The notes beneath the pieces were generated by a model. That model was not told the origin of the DNA, did not search any database, and saw only the letters and a program-made list of their open reading frames with translations. A DNA stretch of 64,000 nt, taken from positions 82,763-146,762 of the IMG/VR virus record IMGVR_UViG_3300029319_000006. One strand, written 5' to 3'. Source of the stretch: a virus. The first letter of the stretch is position 1. Each line of letters begins with the position of its first letter. The translations under genes were made by a program, and so were the position numbers. Positions 20,892 through 29,710 of the stretch are shown piece after piece.

Positions 20892-20921
20892 CTAAATACA
20901 AAATAGTTAACAATATTTATA
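20892..20921. promoter_or_regulatory. Back-to-back late promoters for gp48 (TATAAATA, minus, 20914-20921) and gp4 (CTAAATA, plus, 20892-20898)
   Basis: Both motifs lie in the 49-bp divergent intergenic region. Confidence 0.65.
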
Positions 20922-20929
20922 AGGCAATA

Positions 20930-21439
20930 ATGGCATATTCTGGTCGCTATAAAGTCAAAAACAGATCCAAGTACAAAGGTAATGCTGATGAAGTAGTGTT
21001 TAGATCACTATGGGAAGCTAAAGTTTTCAAGTGGTGTGATACTAATTCTCAAATAAAATTTTGGGGTTCTGAAGAAGTTGTCATACCTTATTTCTATGAA
21101 GTAGATAAAAAATATCACAGATATTTTATGGATTTAAAAATTACTTATAGTAATGGTAAAACAATATTAGTGGAAATAAAACCTGAAAAAGAAACTATTC
21201 CTCCTGATTTCAAAGGAAAGAGAACAAAAAGATATATTACAGAAGGAATGACATATGTAAAAAATATGAATAAATGGGCAGCTGCACAAAACTATGCAGC
21301 AGATAGAGGATGGGGATTTGAAATATGGACAGAAAAACATTTACAAGCCATGAAATTATTACCCAATCCTAAGAATGAACTTAAACCTCTTCCTAAGCTA
21401 AAAAGATTAAAACCACTAAGATCTAAAAAAAGAAGATAA
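20930..21439 (+). CDS. gp4: Head completion protein gp4 (TnsA-like nuclease fold)
   Basis: MAYSGRY...KYKG...FRSLWE...WGSEE..IPY...HRYF.D...EIKP...N..KW.AA. Confidence 0.92.
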   Translation: MAYSGRYKVKNRSKYKGNADEVVFRSLWEAKVFKWCDTNSQIKFWGSEEVVIPYFYEVDKKYHRYFMDLKITYSNGKTILVEIKPEKETIPPDFKGKRTKRYITEGMTYVKNMNKWAAAQNYAADRGWGFEIWTEKHLQAMKLLPNPKNELKPLPKLKRLKPLRSKKRR

Positions 21440-21447
21440 ATACTGTT

Positions 21448-22032
21448 ATGGCAAATTTGTTTAGAAACTTAGAACAACAGGCATTTAAAGCAGGGATTAC
21501 TCCTAGAACTCAACAATCCAGAGAATGGTTTAGGAAAAAAGCTGCTGGTCTTAGAAGAATTAATAGAAATGCTTTGATGAGAGAAAAAGAACTAATAAGT
21601 TCTCCAAAGCATATTATTGGTTCTATGCAAATGTTTTTTTATGATCCAAAGACAAAAGATACATTACCTTATTATGATACATTTCCTCTTTCTGTCATAA
21701 TAGGACCAGCTGATGGAGGATTTATGGGATTAAATTTGCATTATCTTCCTCCAATATTGAGAGCTAAATTTTTGGATAGCTTGTTAGATTTAGCAAGTAA
21801 TAAAACATATGATGAAGATACAAAATTTAATATTAGATATAGTATGTTAAAAAGAGCTGCAAAATTTAGATATTTCAAACCATGTATAAAACATTATCTT
21901 TCCAGTAATGTAAGAAGTAAATTTTCTACAGTTTCTGCTACTGAATGGGAAATTGCAACATTTTTGCCAACAGCTCAATGGAAAAAGTCCAATTCCAGTA
22001 ATGTTTATTCTCAATCAAGAAGGATGATTTAA
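21448..22032 (+). CDS. gp2: DNA end protector gp2
   Basis: FFYDPKTKDTLPYYD.FPL, GLNLHYLPP..RA; GATAAATA late-type motif at 21435-21442. Confidence 0.92.
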   Translation: MANLFRNLEQQAFKAGITPRTQQSREWFRKKAAGLRRINRNALMREKELISSPKHIIGSMQMFFYDPKTKDTLPYYDTFPLSVIIGPADGGFMGLNLHYLPPILRAKFLDSLLDLASNKTYDEDTKFNIRYSMLKRAAKFRYFKPCIKHYLSSNVRSKFSTVSATEWEIATFLPTAQWKKSNSSNVYSQSRRMI

Positions 22033-22769
22033 TGGTACAATCAATTGATCAGTTAAAAAGTTTAGTAAGTGCTAAAGATGGTATAGCACGTCCTAATCTT
22101 TTTAGAATAAAATTTCCATCATTACCAGGAGCATCATCAGAAGAAATAAACATTTTATGTAAAGATGTTCAACTTCCAGGAAGACAAATTTTAAGTAACG
22201 AAAGAAGAATTGGTCTTAAAAGAGAAAAAGTACCTTATGGTTATGCTGTAGAAGATATATCTTTAACATTTCATGTTTTAAATGATTATGGTATAAAAGA
22301 GTATTTTGAATCTTGGCAAAACCTAGCTATAAATCAACAAACACAAGAAGTTGGTTATCAGAGAGGATATGGAGGATATGCTAGACAAGTTGAAATAGAA
22401 CAATTCAAGAAGGTGACAAAACTTCCTAATAAATTTACTTCAAGTATATCTAAAAGTTCTAATTCATTTCTACCTAAGTTAAGTGATCTTGATATAGTTC
22501 AAAGTTTTTTTGGTATACAAGATGAAATAAATGATTTAGTTGTTTATAAATGTAAATTAATTGATGCTTATCCAACTACATTAACAGCTATTCAACTTAA
22601 TAATGAATTAGATGGAGTTGTAGAATTGAACATACAATTGTCTTACACAAATTGGGAATCACCATTTGTACTTTCTCCATCTAATATAAAAGATGCAATT
22701 CAAACTAAAATAAGTTCAACGATAGTAGGATTTTTAAATGACGGGATTAATAATTTAATTAAAATATAA
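22032..22769 (+). CDS. Tail tube initiator gp54 / gp19-like
   Basis: GIARPNLF, C....LPG, F..W...I, L..AYP..L..I.L, ...Y..W pattern of the T4 tube family. Confidence 0.8.
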   Translation: MVQSIDQLKSLVSAKDGIARPNLFRIKFPSLPGASSEEINILCKDVQLPGRQILSNERRIGLKREKVPYGYAVEDISLTFHVLNDYGIKEYFESWQNLAINQQTQEVGYQRGYGGYARQVEIEQFKKVTKLPNKFTSSISKSSNSFLPKLSDLDIVQSFFGIQDEINDLVVYKCKLIDAYPTTLTAIQLNNELDGVVELNIQLSYTNWESPFVLSPSNIKDAIQTKISSTIVGFLNDGINNLIKI

Positions 22770-22781
22770 TAAGGATTTGAT

Positions 22782-23483
22782 ATGGCACTACCCAGACTAA
22801 ATGATGTACCAAAATATACATTAAAAATACCATCAACAAAAAAGGAGATTACTTACAGACCATTTTTAGTTAAAGAGCAAAAAGTTTTACTTATGGCTCT
22901 TGAATCTCAAAATGATAAACAAATATTACAAGCAGTATTAGATACAATTGAAGCATGTGTACTTGATAAAATAAATGCAACTAATTTAGCACTATTTGAT
23001 TTAGAATATGTATTTTTAAAAATTAGATCTGTAAGTGTAGGAGAAGGAGCAGAAGTTACAATAAAATGTCAAAAGTGTGAGAATCCAGTAAAGACTAAAA
23101 TAGATTTAAATAGTATTACTTTTGATAAAATGCCTGAAAATAGAATTAAAATAAATGACAAATATACTATACAAATGATGTATCCAACTTTTAATACTAC
23201 TATATCAGGAGTATCTAATTCTACATTAGCAGAACAAGTATATATTTCTGCAATAGGATGTTTAGATAAACTACTTACAAATGATGAAGTGATAGATTTT
23301 AAAGATGAAACAGAAGAAGAAAAAAAGGCTTTCTTAGAAAGTTTAACTGCTCTTCAGTTTGAAAGTATAATTGAATTTGTAAATAATTTACCACGTTTGA
23401 GAAAAGAAGTAGAATATAAATGTGAAGAATGTAATACTATTAATAAAACTACCCTGGAGGGGTTACAAGATTTTTTATCCTAG
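22782..23483 (+). CDS. gp26: Baseplate hub assembly protein gp26
   Basis: MALP.L..P.Y.L.IPS....YRPFLVKEQK.LL.A, FD.EY.FL.IR..SVGE, two CxxC, C-terminal LEGLQDF. Confidence 0.92.
   Translation: MALPRLNDVPKYTLKIPSTKKEITYRPFLVKEQKVLLMALESQNDKQILQAVLDTIEACVLDKINATNLALFDLEYVFLKIRSVSVGEGAEVTIKCQKCENPVKTKIDLNSITFDKMPENRIKINDKYTIQMMYPTFNTTISGVSNSTLAEQVYISAIGCLDKLLTNDEVIDFKDETEEEKKAFLESLTALQFESIIEFVNNLPRLRKEVEYKCEECNTINKTTLEGLQDFLS
23456..23477 (+). other. Candidate -1 ribosomal frameshift signal
   Basis: GGAGG (23456-23460), 10-nt spacer, then T TTT TTA (23471-23477) in the correct phase of gp26. Confidence 0.7.
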
Positions 23484-23668
23484 GCCTTTCCCATGATTCT
23501 TTGACAAATCATTATCATGTAAATTATCAGTTAATACAAAACCACAAATATTCCTTAACTGATGTAGAAACAATGATACCATGGGAGAGGGAAATTTATT
23601 TAACTATGCTTATTGATGATATTAAAAAACAAAATGAAGAAGCACAAAAACAAAATATGCAAAGGTAA
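23471..23668 (+). CDS. gp51: gp51-like hub assembly catalyst, in the -1 frame of gp26; probably expressed by frameshift
   Basis: Not in the ORF track. Manual translation FFILGLSHDSLTNHYHVNYQLIQNHKYSLTDVETMIPWEREIYLTMLIDDIKKQNEEAQKQNMQR*; N..L.Q.HKYSL...E.MIPWER.IY is the gp51-like signature. Confidence 0.85.
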   Translation, partial: FFILGLSHDSLTNHYHVNYQLIQNHKYSLTDVETMIPWEREIYLTMLIDDIKKQNEEAQKQNMQR

Positions 23669-23671
23669 GTC

Positions 23672-25360
23672 ATGTCTAATTTAAAAAATGTAGTAGAAGA
23701 ACTACAAAATCAGCAGGAAGGTCTTAATGATGTTAATTCTAGTATTCAACAATTAATTAAGATACAAACAGATCAACTTAAATCAGAAAGAAGACAAGCT
23801 GGTGATGACTTAGAAAAACAAATCGAATCTAATCGAAAGAAAAAAGCTGGAACACAGTCAAGAGCTCCTGCTCCTAGATCTTTTGCACAAGGTTTAGGTC
23901 AAGGTACTGGTATTAGTGCAGTACTTGGAGGTGTCCAAGGTTTATTTCCTTCTTTTGCTGGTGCTTTAGGTGGTGCATCATTAGCAGGATTATTAGGAAA
24001 ATTTACTGGAAGATTAGTATTAGGATCAATTGGTTTCTTTTTAGGTAAGGAGTATTTGGATAAACATGTAGATAAACTTACTAATATGTTAAATTTAGAT
24101 ACTATCAATATATTTGGAGAAGATTATGATACATCTAAAATAGTTTCTGGATTAACTGGAGCATTTGCATTAGTATTAGGTCCTGCTGCAATAGGAGCTG
24201 CTGTAAAAAGATTCTTTGGAGGAGCTTCATTTAGAAATCAAATACTTGGAGGTCCTTCTGGTGGTGCTGGTCCAAGAAGAGGATTTGGCTTTATAGGAAG
24301 ATTAGGATTAGGTGCTGCAGTTCTTACAATAGGTAGTTTATTAGGAGATAAAATTGGTGAATTAACAAGCAATCAAGACTTAGATGATGCAGTAACAGCA
24401 GCTGCTTCAACAGCTGGTTTACTAATGATGTTTAACCCAAAAGTTGGTATACTTGCTGGTTTAGCTGTTTTTGCTTATAAAGGTTTTCAGGCTTTAGATA
24501 AATGGCTAGATGGCAAAAAAGCTGAAGCTATGAAAGAGTTACAAAGAGAATTAGATAGTACAGTAATTCCTGGCACTACCAAATATTATTCAGATATGTC
24601 AGCTGAAGATTTTAGAAATTTAGAAGAAAAATCTTTAGGATTTAATGTAGCTTCAAGATTACAAACTAGAGCAGCTGATGCATATACTGGAGGCTATATG
24701 GAAGCATCTGGAAATGAAAGTGCTTCATATAGAACCAGAGCAGCAGAATTAGGAAATGCTGCTAAAATAGCTATGGTTAATATGAGTTTAAAAGATGGTA
24801 ATAATAAAAAAAGAGTTATTGATGCAAAACTAGAAGCTGCTGTTGAAGGTAATGCTTTAGTTGCATCTGAATTAGCAAATTTTTATTATAATAAGTTTGG
24901 TTCGGATTACTTATCAGCTATAGATAATGATTTACAAAGAGCTGATGGTATATTTGCTCCAGGTCTATATGGAATAACTGAAGACAAAAGAAAAGCATTT
25001 TTAAATAATATTAATAATTTACAAATGGAGAGAATGAGAGGTTCAGGAGATGGAAATTATGACTCTCTTATTTTACAAAATACCAGTGGTGCTAAAAAAC
25101 CAGGATATTTAAGTAAAATTACAGGAGCAATTAGTAATTTTATGGGAAGAGGCTTAGCTGATATATCTAATCCTGGAATGACTAATCAACCTTCTGTGTT
25201 TATTGATAATAGTAACAGCAATAATAGTACTGTTAATAACAATGGAAAAACCTCCGCAACAAGTTCTGGATCAAGTGGTTCAGCCACTGACTTTGATGTC
25301 ATATTTGATCCATTAGTTATATACGGAGGTGGTTCTAAAGGAGTTAGTCCAGAATATTAA
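23672..25360 (+). CDS. Tape-measure-like (gp29-position) protein
   Basis: Coiled-coil N-terminus, Gly/Ala-rich hydrophobic helices, N/S-rich tail; follows gp26/gp51. Confidence 0.6.
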   Translation: MSNLKNVVEELQNQQEGLNDVNSSIQQLIKIQTDQLKSERRQAGDDLEKQIESNRKKKAGTQSRAPAPRSFAQGLGQGTGISAVLGGVQGLFPSFAGALGGASLAGLLGKFTGRLVLGSIGFFLGKEYLDKHVDKLTNMLNLDTINIFGEDYDTSKIVSGLTGAFALVLGPAAIGAAVKRFFGGASFRNQILGGPSGGAGPRRGFGFIGRLGLGAAVLTIGSLLGDKIGELTSNQDLDDAVTAAASTAGLLMMFNPKVGILAGLAVFAYKGFQALDKWLDGKKAEAMKELQRELDSTVIPGTTKYYSDMSAEDFRNLEEKSLGFNVASRLQTRAADAYTGGYMEASGNESASYRTRAAELGNAAKIAMVNMSLKDGNNKKRVIDAKLEAAVEGNALVASELANFYYNKFGSDYLSAIDNDLQRADGIFAPGLYGITEDKRKAFLNNINNLQMERMRGSGDGNYDSLILQNTSGAKKPGYLSKITGAISNFMGRGLADISNPGMTNQPSVFIDNSNSNNSTVNNNGKTSATSSGSSGSATDFDVIFDPLVIYGGGSKGVSPEY

Positions 25361-26274
25361 TCTTCGTTAGCTAACTTAGAAAAATAAGCCATAGTGTCAT
25401 CATCATCCAATGCAGTCTCTGCAGTTTTAGCTTTAGGAGCTGGTTCTGATTTTATTGGTGGCTCTGGATCAGTTTTAAAGTTATCATATGGAATCTCATC
25501 ATCTAAAGCAATCTCTTCTTTTACAGTACGAGGAGAGCTTTCTCCTAATACAGAAGCCAATCTTACTTTTAATTCATCATAAGACTTATAATTCTTAGGA
25601 TCAGTCCATTCTGATAGATCTTGTTGTTTGTTATAGATCTCTTCTAACTTTGCTTCATCATCTGATATTGCAGATGGTGATTTAAAAGTAGATGTATCAT
25701 AATTAGGATATCCTTCTACTTTTCTAATCTTTAAAGTAAAGTCTGCACCCTTCCACATATCAAATGGATTGACTGGTGACTCATCTGGAAATTGAGGTTG
25801 CATACTATCCATAATCTTATCAAAGATCTTTTTACCAAATCTAAATAGTTTTACAGTACCATCATTTTCCGGATTAGCAGGATCATTAACAATAAGAACA
25901 TTAGCTACATATCGTAAGTTTCTCTTACGTTGTCTTACTAGTGCCTTAGCAGCATTAGAACCATCTTGATTCCAAAGTCTACTATTCATTTCACCAACAG
26001 GATCTTGTTGTCCAATAGATGTTAAAGATTTCTCAATATACCATTGACCAGTTGGTCCTTTGAAAGCATGTTCCCAATATCTAACCCATGGAGTAGCAGC
26101 TCCTGCATCTCCTGGTAAGAATCGAATAACAGCATAACCATTACCAGCTTTATCTCTAGTAGGTTTCCAAAATCTATCATCAGTGAATGTTTTAGGTTCG
26201 GCAGGTCCATTGCCTGCCATTTCAACTAGTTTAGATAAATCAGTTGATTTACTTTTTAACTCTGCAAAGCTCAT
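25357..26274 (-). CDS. gp32: Single-stranded DNA-binding protein gp32
   Basis: DDRFWKP..DKAGNGYAVIRFLP, HAF.GP.G.WYIE.SLT, FGKKIFDKI, acidic tail DDDDTMAYF.KLA. Confidence 0.97.
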   Translation of the reverse strand: MSFAELKSKSTDLSKLVEMAGNGPAEPKTFTDDRFWKPTRDKAGNGYAVIRFLPGDAGAATPWVRYWEHAFKGPTGQWYIEKSLTSIGQQDPVGEMNSRLWNQDGSNAAKALVRQRKRNLRYVANVLIVNDPANPENDGTVKLFRFGKKIFDKIMDSMQPQFPDESPVNPFDMWKGADFTLKIRKVEGYPNYDTSTFKSPSAISDDEAKLEEIYNKQQDLSEWTDPKNYKSYDELKVRLASVLGESSPRTVKEEIALDDEIPYDNFKTDPEPPIKSEPAPKAKTAETALDDDDTMAYFSKLANED

Positions 26275-26323
26275 ATATATCTCCTATTGTTTATATTCAG
26301 TGTGTACAGTGTATATTATTATA

Positions 26324-26890
26324 TTACTTTTTCCAGATCCAGGCAACTAGTGCATCTCTGGTTCCTTTATTTATTTGATTAACTTTATGGAAAGTTCGTG
26401 AATCAAAAAATAATGTTTCTCCAACTTCCAAAGGTACGGGATGAACACCTTGATCATTTCCTTTAATCCAAAATTCACCACCGGATAAATCATCACTCTT
26501 AGATAAAATAGTAGAAGTAGAAAAAATTCTTCTTAACTTTTCTCCAGGTTGATCAATAGCATCACGATGCATTTTAAAAAAATCTCCTTGAACATACTTT
26601 ATGTATTGAAGCTCACCTATCTTGTATTGATCTTTAAACAGAGAATCATTCCATAAAGGAATTATATCTAAAATTTGATTACACAAATTAGGATAATTTT
26701 CTGGTATAACTGGAGCTATAACACATTTTCTACTAGAAGGATTAACATAACTATTTTTTTGTCCTGTTTGTTCATTATAGTTTACTACAGTTCCAGGACG
26801 AAAATCCAAATTATCAGATATTAGTCGTTTAATATCCTCAGTACTTATTTGTTTTCTTTTTATATAAAGTTTTTGTAAATCATATTCCAT
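26324..26890 (-). CDS. 2OG-Fe(II) oxygenase
   Basis: Y..GDFF..HRD, GGE, FDS...H.V..I.KG.R..LV.W. Confidence 0.9.
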   Translation of the reverse strand: MEYDLQKLYIKRKQISTEDIKRLISDNLDFRPGTVVNYNEQTGQKNSYVNPSSRKCVIAPVIPENYPNLCNQILDIIPLWNDSLFKDQYKIGELQYIKYVQGDFFKMHRDAIDQPGEKLRRIFSTSTILSKSDDLSGGEFWIKGNDQGVHPVPLEVGETLFFDSRTFHKVNQINKGTRDALVAWIWKK

Positions 26891-26891
26891 A

Positions 26892-27152
26892 TCAATCCAC
26901 TGGTAATGTATTTCCTCGAGGCAAAAAATTTAAATTCTGTGCCTCTGCTTCAACTTTTTCTTTAATAGATGGTGCAATGTATTTGTTTACATCCTCTACT
27001 TCTAAATCAACTATAAATTCACAAACATATATGATAGCATCCATATAAGAAAGTTTATGATCTTTTACGGTACTTTCTATTAGTTTTGTAAATCTTACTT
27101 TTGTTAAAAATTGATTTTCTTTTTCTGTAGGGTTTGATTGTTGGGTTGTCAT
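26892..27152 (-). CDS. gp33: Late transcription coactivator gp33
   Basis: F...IE..V....SYMDAI...C....IKEK.EAEA..LNFLP; start probably MTTQQ. Confidence 0.88.
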   Translation of the reverse strand: MTTQQSNPTEKENQFLTKVRFTKLIESTVKDHKLSYMDAIIYVCEFIVDLEVEDVNKYIAPSIKEKVEAEAQNLNFLPRGNTLPVD

Positions 27153-27642
27153 CTTCGTACATTTCCTGTGTATAAACTGCACCTATATCTTCGTAGAAAA
27201 ATCCAACGCTTCTCTTAGGAGTACCATCAGCATTATATGCCATATGATCTTTTCGTACTCTATATTTAATTAAATGTTGATGATGTTCACCATAGAATAG
27301 ATCTTTGTATACACCATCTCTCAAATAACTTTGAAGATTTGATAAATAGGTATCTTCTATATTGAAAGCATCTCTTTGTTTAGAGTCATTAGATTTATTC
27401 CAGTTCTTCATACCAGAAAGTTTATCTTTACAAGTTTTAATCCATCCTTTAACTTTTTTAGGAGATAATGGATGGTCGTCAGGTAAAAATCTGATATCTT
27501 CATGGATAGTTAAGTTAGCTGAAGTTTTTTTGTTTTCTCTAGCTTTATTTATACGGTCTCTTAAAACTTGCCTTTGAGCTTCAGTAAGGTTACGTTTCCT
27601 TCTAATTTTTTTAATTGGTCTGTTCATAATAATATCCTCCAT
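27055..27642 (-). CDS. Hypothetical basic protein (probable start at 27627, MNRPIKK)
   Basis: Long ORF; GGAGG SD before 27627; early promoter immediately upstream. Confidence 0.7.
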   Translation of the reverse strand: MEDIIMNRPIKKIRRKRNLTEAQRQVLRDRINKARENKKTSANLTIHEDIRFLPDDHPLSPKKVKGWIKTCKDKLSGMKNWNKSNDSKQRDAFNIEDTYLSNLQSYLRDGVYKDLFYGEHHQHLIKYRVRKDHMAYNADGTPKRSVGFFYEDIGAVYTQEMYEDDNPTIKPYRKRKSIFNKSKIYKTNRKYRKRS

Positions 27643-27648
27643 TAGATT

Positions 27649-27686
27649 ATTATCGCATAGCTCATTAAAAAAGTCAACAGTTAATT
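27649..27686 (-). promoter_or_regulatory. Early sigma70-type promoter (AATTAACTG-TTGACT-17-GATAAT)
   Basis: -35 at 27672-27677, -10 at 27649-27654, 17-nt spacer; 18-bp core identical to copies at 29.6 and 33.5 kb. Confidence 0.8.
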
Positions 27687-27690
27687 TAAA

Positions 27691-27951
27691 TTATATTTTA
27701 CAAAAGTATTTTACGTTCTCAACTCTAAACGATCTAAATGCTTCTTTGTTAATATCCCAAGCTCTAATAACTTTGTCATTAGGTTGAGTCTCTTTACCTT
27801 TCAATTCATAATTAATTTTATCAGGATTAAGAGTACATATCATGTCTCTCTCTTCACCATTTACTTTTGTAAATATTACATTACAATCAGATTCACGTAA
27901 ATCACGTATCATTTCATCTCTATAGAATTCCATTTTTTTATCCCCAGTCAT
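27691..27951 (-). CDS. Small SH3/Sm-like (WYL_2-like) phage protein
   Basis: V.FTKVNGEER.M.CTL...AWD....FRSFR; probable start MEFYRD. Confidence 0.75.
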   Translation of the reverse strand: MTGDKKMEFYRDEMIRDLRESDCNVIFTKVNGEERDMICTLNPDKINYELKGKETQPNDKVIRAWDINKEAFRSFRVENVKYFCKI

Positions 27952-28159
27952 TATCTAATCCAGTTGTTTGTCTATAACGATCACCATAATACTGTTCAGC
28001 ATATTTAGATTCATCTGTATAATAGAAATCATCATTAGTTAATCCATTATATTGAACACGTTTAGCTCTAGCTTGTCTTTCTTGTTTACGCATAAACTTA
28101 GCTGACTCATTCTTGAGTAATCGTACAAATTTTTCTTGTGGTGTTAATCTCTTAGCCAA
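27938..28159 (-). CDS. Hypothetical protein
   Basis: ORF with GGAGG SD before a TTG start; operonic. Confidence 0.6.
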   Translation of the reverse strand: MAKRLTPQEKFVRLLKNESAKFMRKQERQARAKRVQYNGLTNDDFYYTDESKYAEQYYGDRYRQTTGLDNDWG

Positions 28160-28251
28160 TTTATTAGTCCTCCTATTCCTTCAACAATAATTGTAAGTAT
28201 AATTAGTATGCTTAAAAACATAAAACATCCTACCACTGCTCCCATTATCAT
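28144..28251 (-). CDS. Small membrane protein, 35 aa (not in ORF track)
   Basis: AAGGAGA SD then MIMGAVVGCFMFLSILIILTIIVEGIGGLINWLRD*. Confidence 0.5.
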   Translation of the reverse strand: MIMGAVVGCFMFLSILIILTIIVEGIGGLINWLRD

Positions 28252-28280
28252 ATCTCCTTTCAATAATGTCAACAATTAAT
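28244..28280 (-). promoter_or_regulatory. Early sigma70-type promoter (ATTAATTG-TTGACA-17-GATAAT)
   Basis: -35 at 28267-28272, -10 at 28244-28249; variant of the repeated motif. Confidence 0.6.
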
Positions 28281-28878
28281 TTAATAATTCGAAAATTTCT
28301 TTCCAATTTTTTACTTTTGTAATTTCTTCTTTATTACAATCAAAATTCATATTATGACCATGTTCAATCAATATTGAAGATAATCCCCAATCTCTACCAG
28401 ATATAGCATTATCAATTTTATCTTCTATCCAAAATAATCCTGAATCTTTCCATGGTCTGAAACATTCATCTTTATCAGCAGCAGTTCCTAAAAAAGTAAA
28501 TCCATCAAATACAGTTTCACCAAACATTTTTCTTAGATTCATTTTTCTAAGTTCACATGCATATGGATTTTTAGAAAGAGAAGTAATAACATGAAAGACA
28601 TATCCAAGTTCTTCGTGTAACTTTCTTACATATTGAATTGCATCTCTCTGAGGAGGTAAGAATCCCATTGCTGCAGATTCATTAAAATGTTTAACTAATG
28701 ATTTAGCTACATCACTAGATAACTCATATCTTTCTTTCATATCATAACTGTATTTGTTTACAGGATCTTCACTAATTGTATAACCATTAGCTTGCATCCA
28801 TGTATTGAAAGCATATTCCCAATTTAAAAGTACACCGTCACAATCTACAAGGATTAATCTATCAAGTTGTTTATTCAT
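28276..28878 (-). CDS. HAD-family 5'(3')-nucleotidase-like protein
   Basis: LVDCDGVL (DxD motif I), VITS, WIEDK..N. Confidence 0.85.
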   Translation of the reverse strand: MNKQLDRLILVDCDGVLLNWEYAFNTWMQANGYTISEDPVNKYSYDMKERYELSSDVAKSLVKHFNESAAMGFLPPQRDAIQYVRKLHEELGYVFHVITSLSKNPYACELRKMNLRKMFGETVFDGFTFLGTAADKDECFRPWKDSGLFWIEDKIDNAISGRDWGLSSILIEHGHNMNFDCNKEEITKVKNWKEIFELLN

Positions 28879-29234
28879 TATAGATTTCCTAACTTCTTTT
28901 GCTCAGCAGCAGCTTCCTGCATTATTTGAGTAAATGTAGGCTCAAGTGCTTCCTCGAACCTTTCCCAATCATGTCTACTATACTGATAATGTCTATTTTG
29001 AGCATAAGGCGCCCAACCAAAGAATGTTCTAAAATGAGCTTTTCTATTACAAAGACCATTGTTGAACAAATCGTATATTAGATTCTGAGCTACACGAAAC
29101 TTATCTAGTTTCTTGTTTGTTGATCTTGAATTTTCACATTTACCTGATAAAGGTACTAACTCATTGAGTTGTTCTCTAAGAGCTTCAAATCCTTCGTTTG
29201 TAGCCCATGAATTTTTAAATAATTCTAATTGCAT
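28878..29234 (-). CDS. Hypothetical early protein
   Basis: ORF with SD, TAATG-coupled; YDLFNNGLCN motif. Confidence 0.7.
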   Translation of the reverse strand: MQLELFKNSWATNEGFEALREQLNELVPLSGKCENSRSTNKKLDKFRVAQNLIYDLFNNGLCNRKAHFRTFFGWAPYAQNRHYQYSRHDWERFEEALEPTFTQIMQEAAAEQKKLGNL

Positions 29235-29584
29235 TATTCAATCTCCTTAAATCCAAAACTAGATACTTTAAATCTTTTACCATTCCAAAATGCATTTTCA
29301 TTTTCCATATGCACAACCATTTCATCAAAAGTCATTGTAGATCTAAGACCTAAATATCTTCTATTCTTTTCATCCCAATGTAGTGGAGCTAAAACTTCAA
29401 CATTATCGTTAGCATCCATTCCTATTTTCTTGCTCCAAGAACCACCCAAATTTTGAGTCCAACGATATGCATACTCAAGTACATCATCAATATCTTTAAC
29501 ATTAGACGGATTTGGAATATTAACTAGAGCAACAGGAGTAGGTGTTTCATCTCTCATTGCTTTGTGTATAACTGTGATTTTCAT
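29234..29584 (-). CDS. Hypothetical early protein
   Basis: AAGGAG SD before MKITVIHK; LEYAYRWTQN..GSWS and GLRST motifs; first gene after early promoter. Confidence 0.7.
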   Translation of the reverse strand: MKITVIHKAMRDETPTPVALVNIPNPSNVKDIDDVLEYAYRWTQNLGGSWSKKIGMDANDNVEVLAPLHWDEKNRRYLGLRSTMTFDEMVVHMENENAFWNGKRFKVSSFGFKEIE

Positions 29585-29609
29585 ATTAACTCCTTCATTT
29601 CTTAATATC

Positions 29610-29647
29610 CTTATCACTTATTTTTAAACAAAAGTCAACAGTTAATT
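29610..29647 (-). promoter_or_regulatory. Early sigma70-type promoter (AATTAACTG-TTGACT-17-GATAAG) with upstream A-tracts
   Basis: -35 at 29633-29638, -10 at 29610-29615. Confidence 0.8.
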
Positions 29648-29681
29648 TCAAAAAAACACATTTTTTTTAATTTTTTTTATA

Positions 29682-29689
29682 TATAAATA
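29682..29689 (+). promoter_or_regulatory. T4-type late promoter TATAAATA
   Basis: Exact match, intergenic, 21 nt before the ATG at 29711 with GAGG SD. Confidence 0.65.
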
Positions 29690-29710
29690 GATAAAAAATA
29701 GAGGTATAAG

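Noticed and set aside
20930-21439. TnsA-like transposase / mobile element
   Set aside because: Sequence and position (next to gp2, divergent from gp48) identify it as head completion gp4; no terminal repeats.
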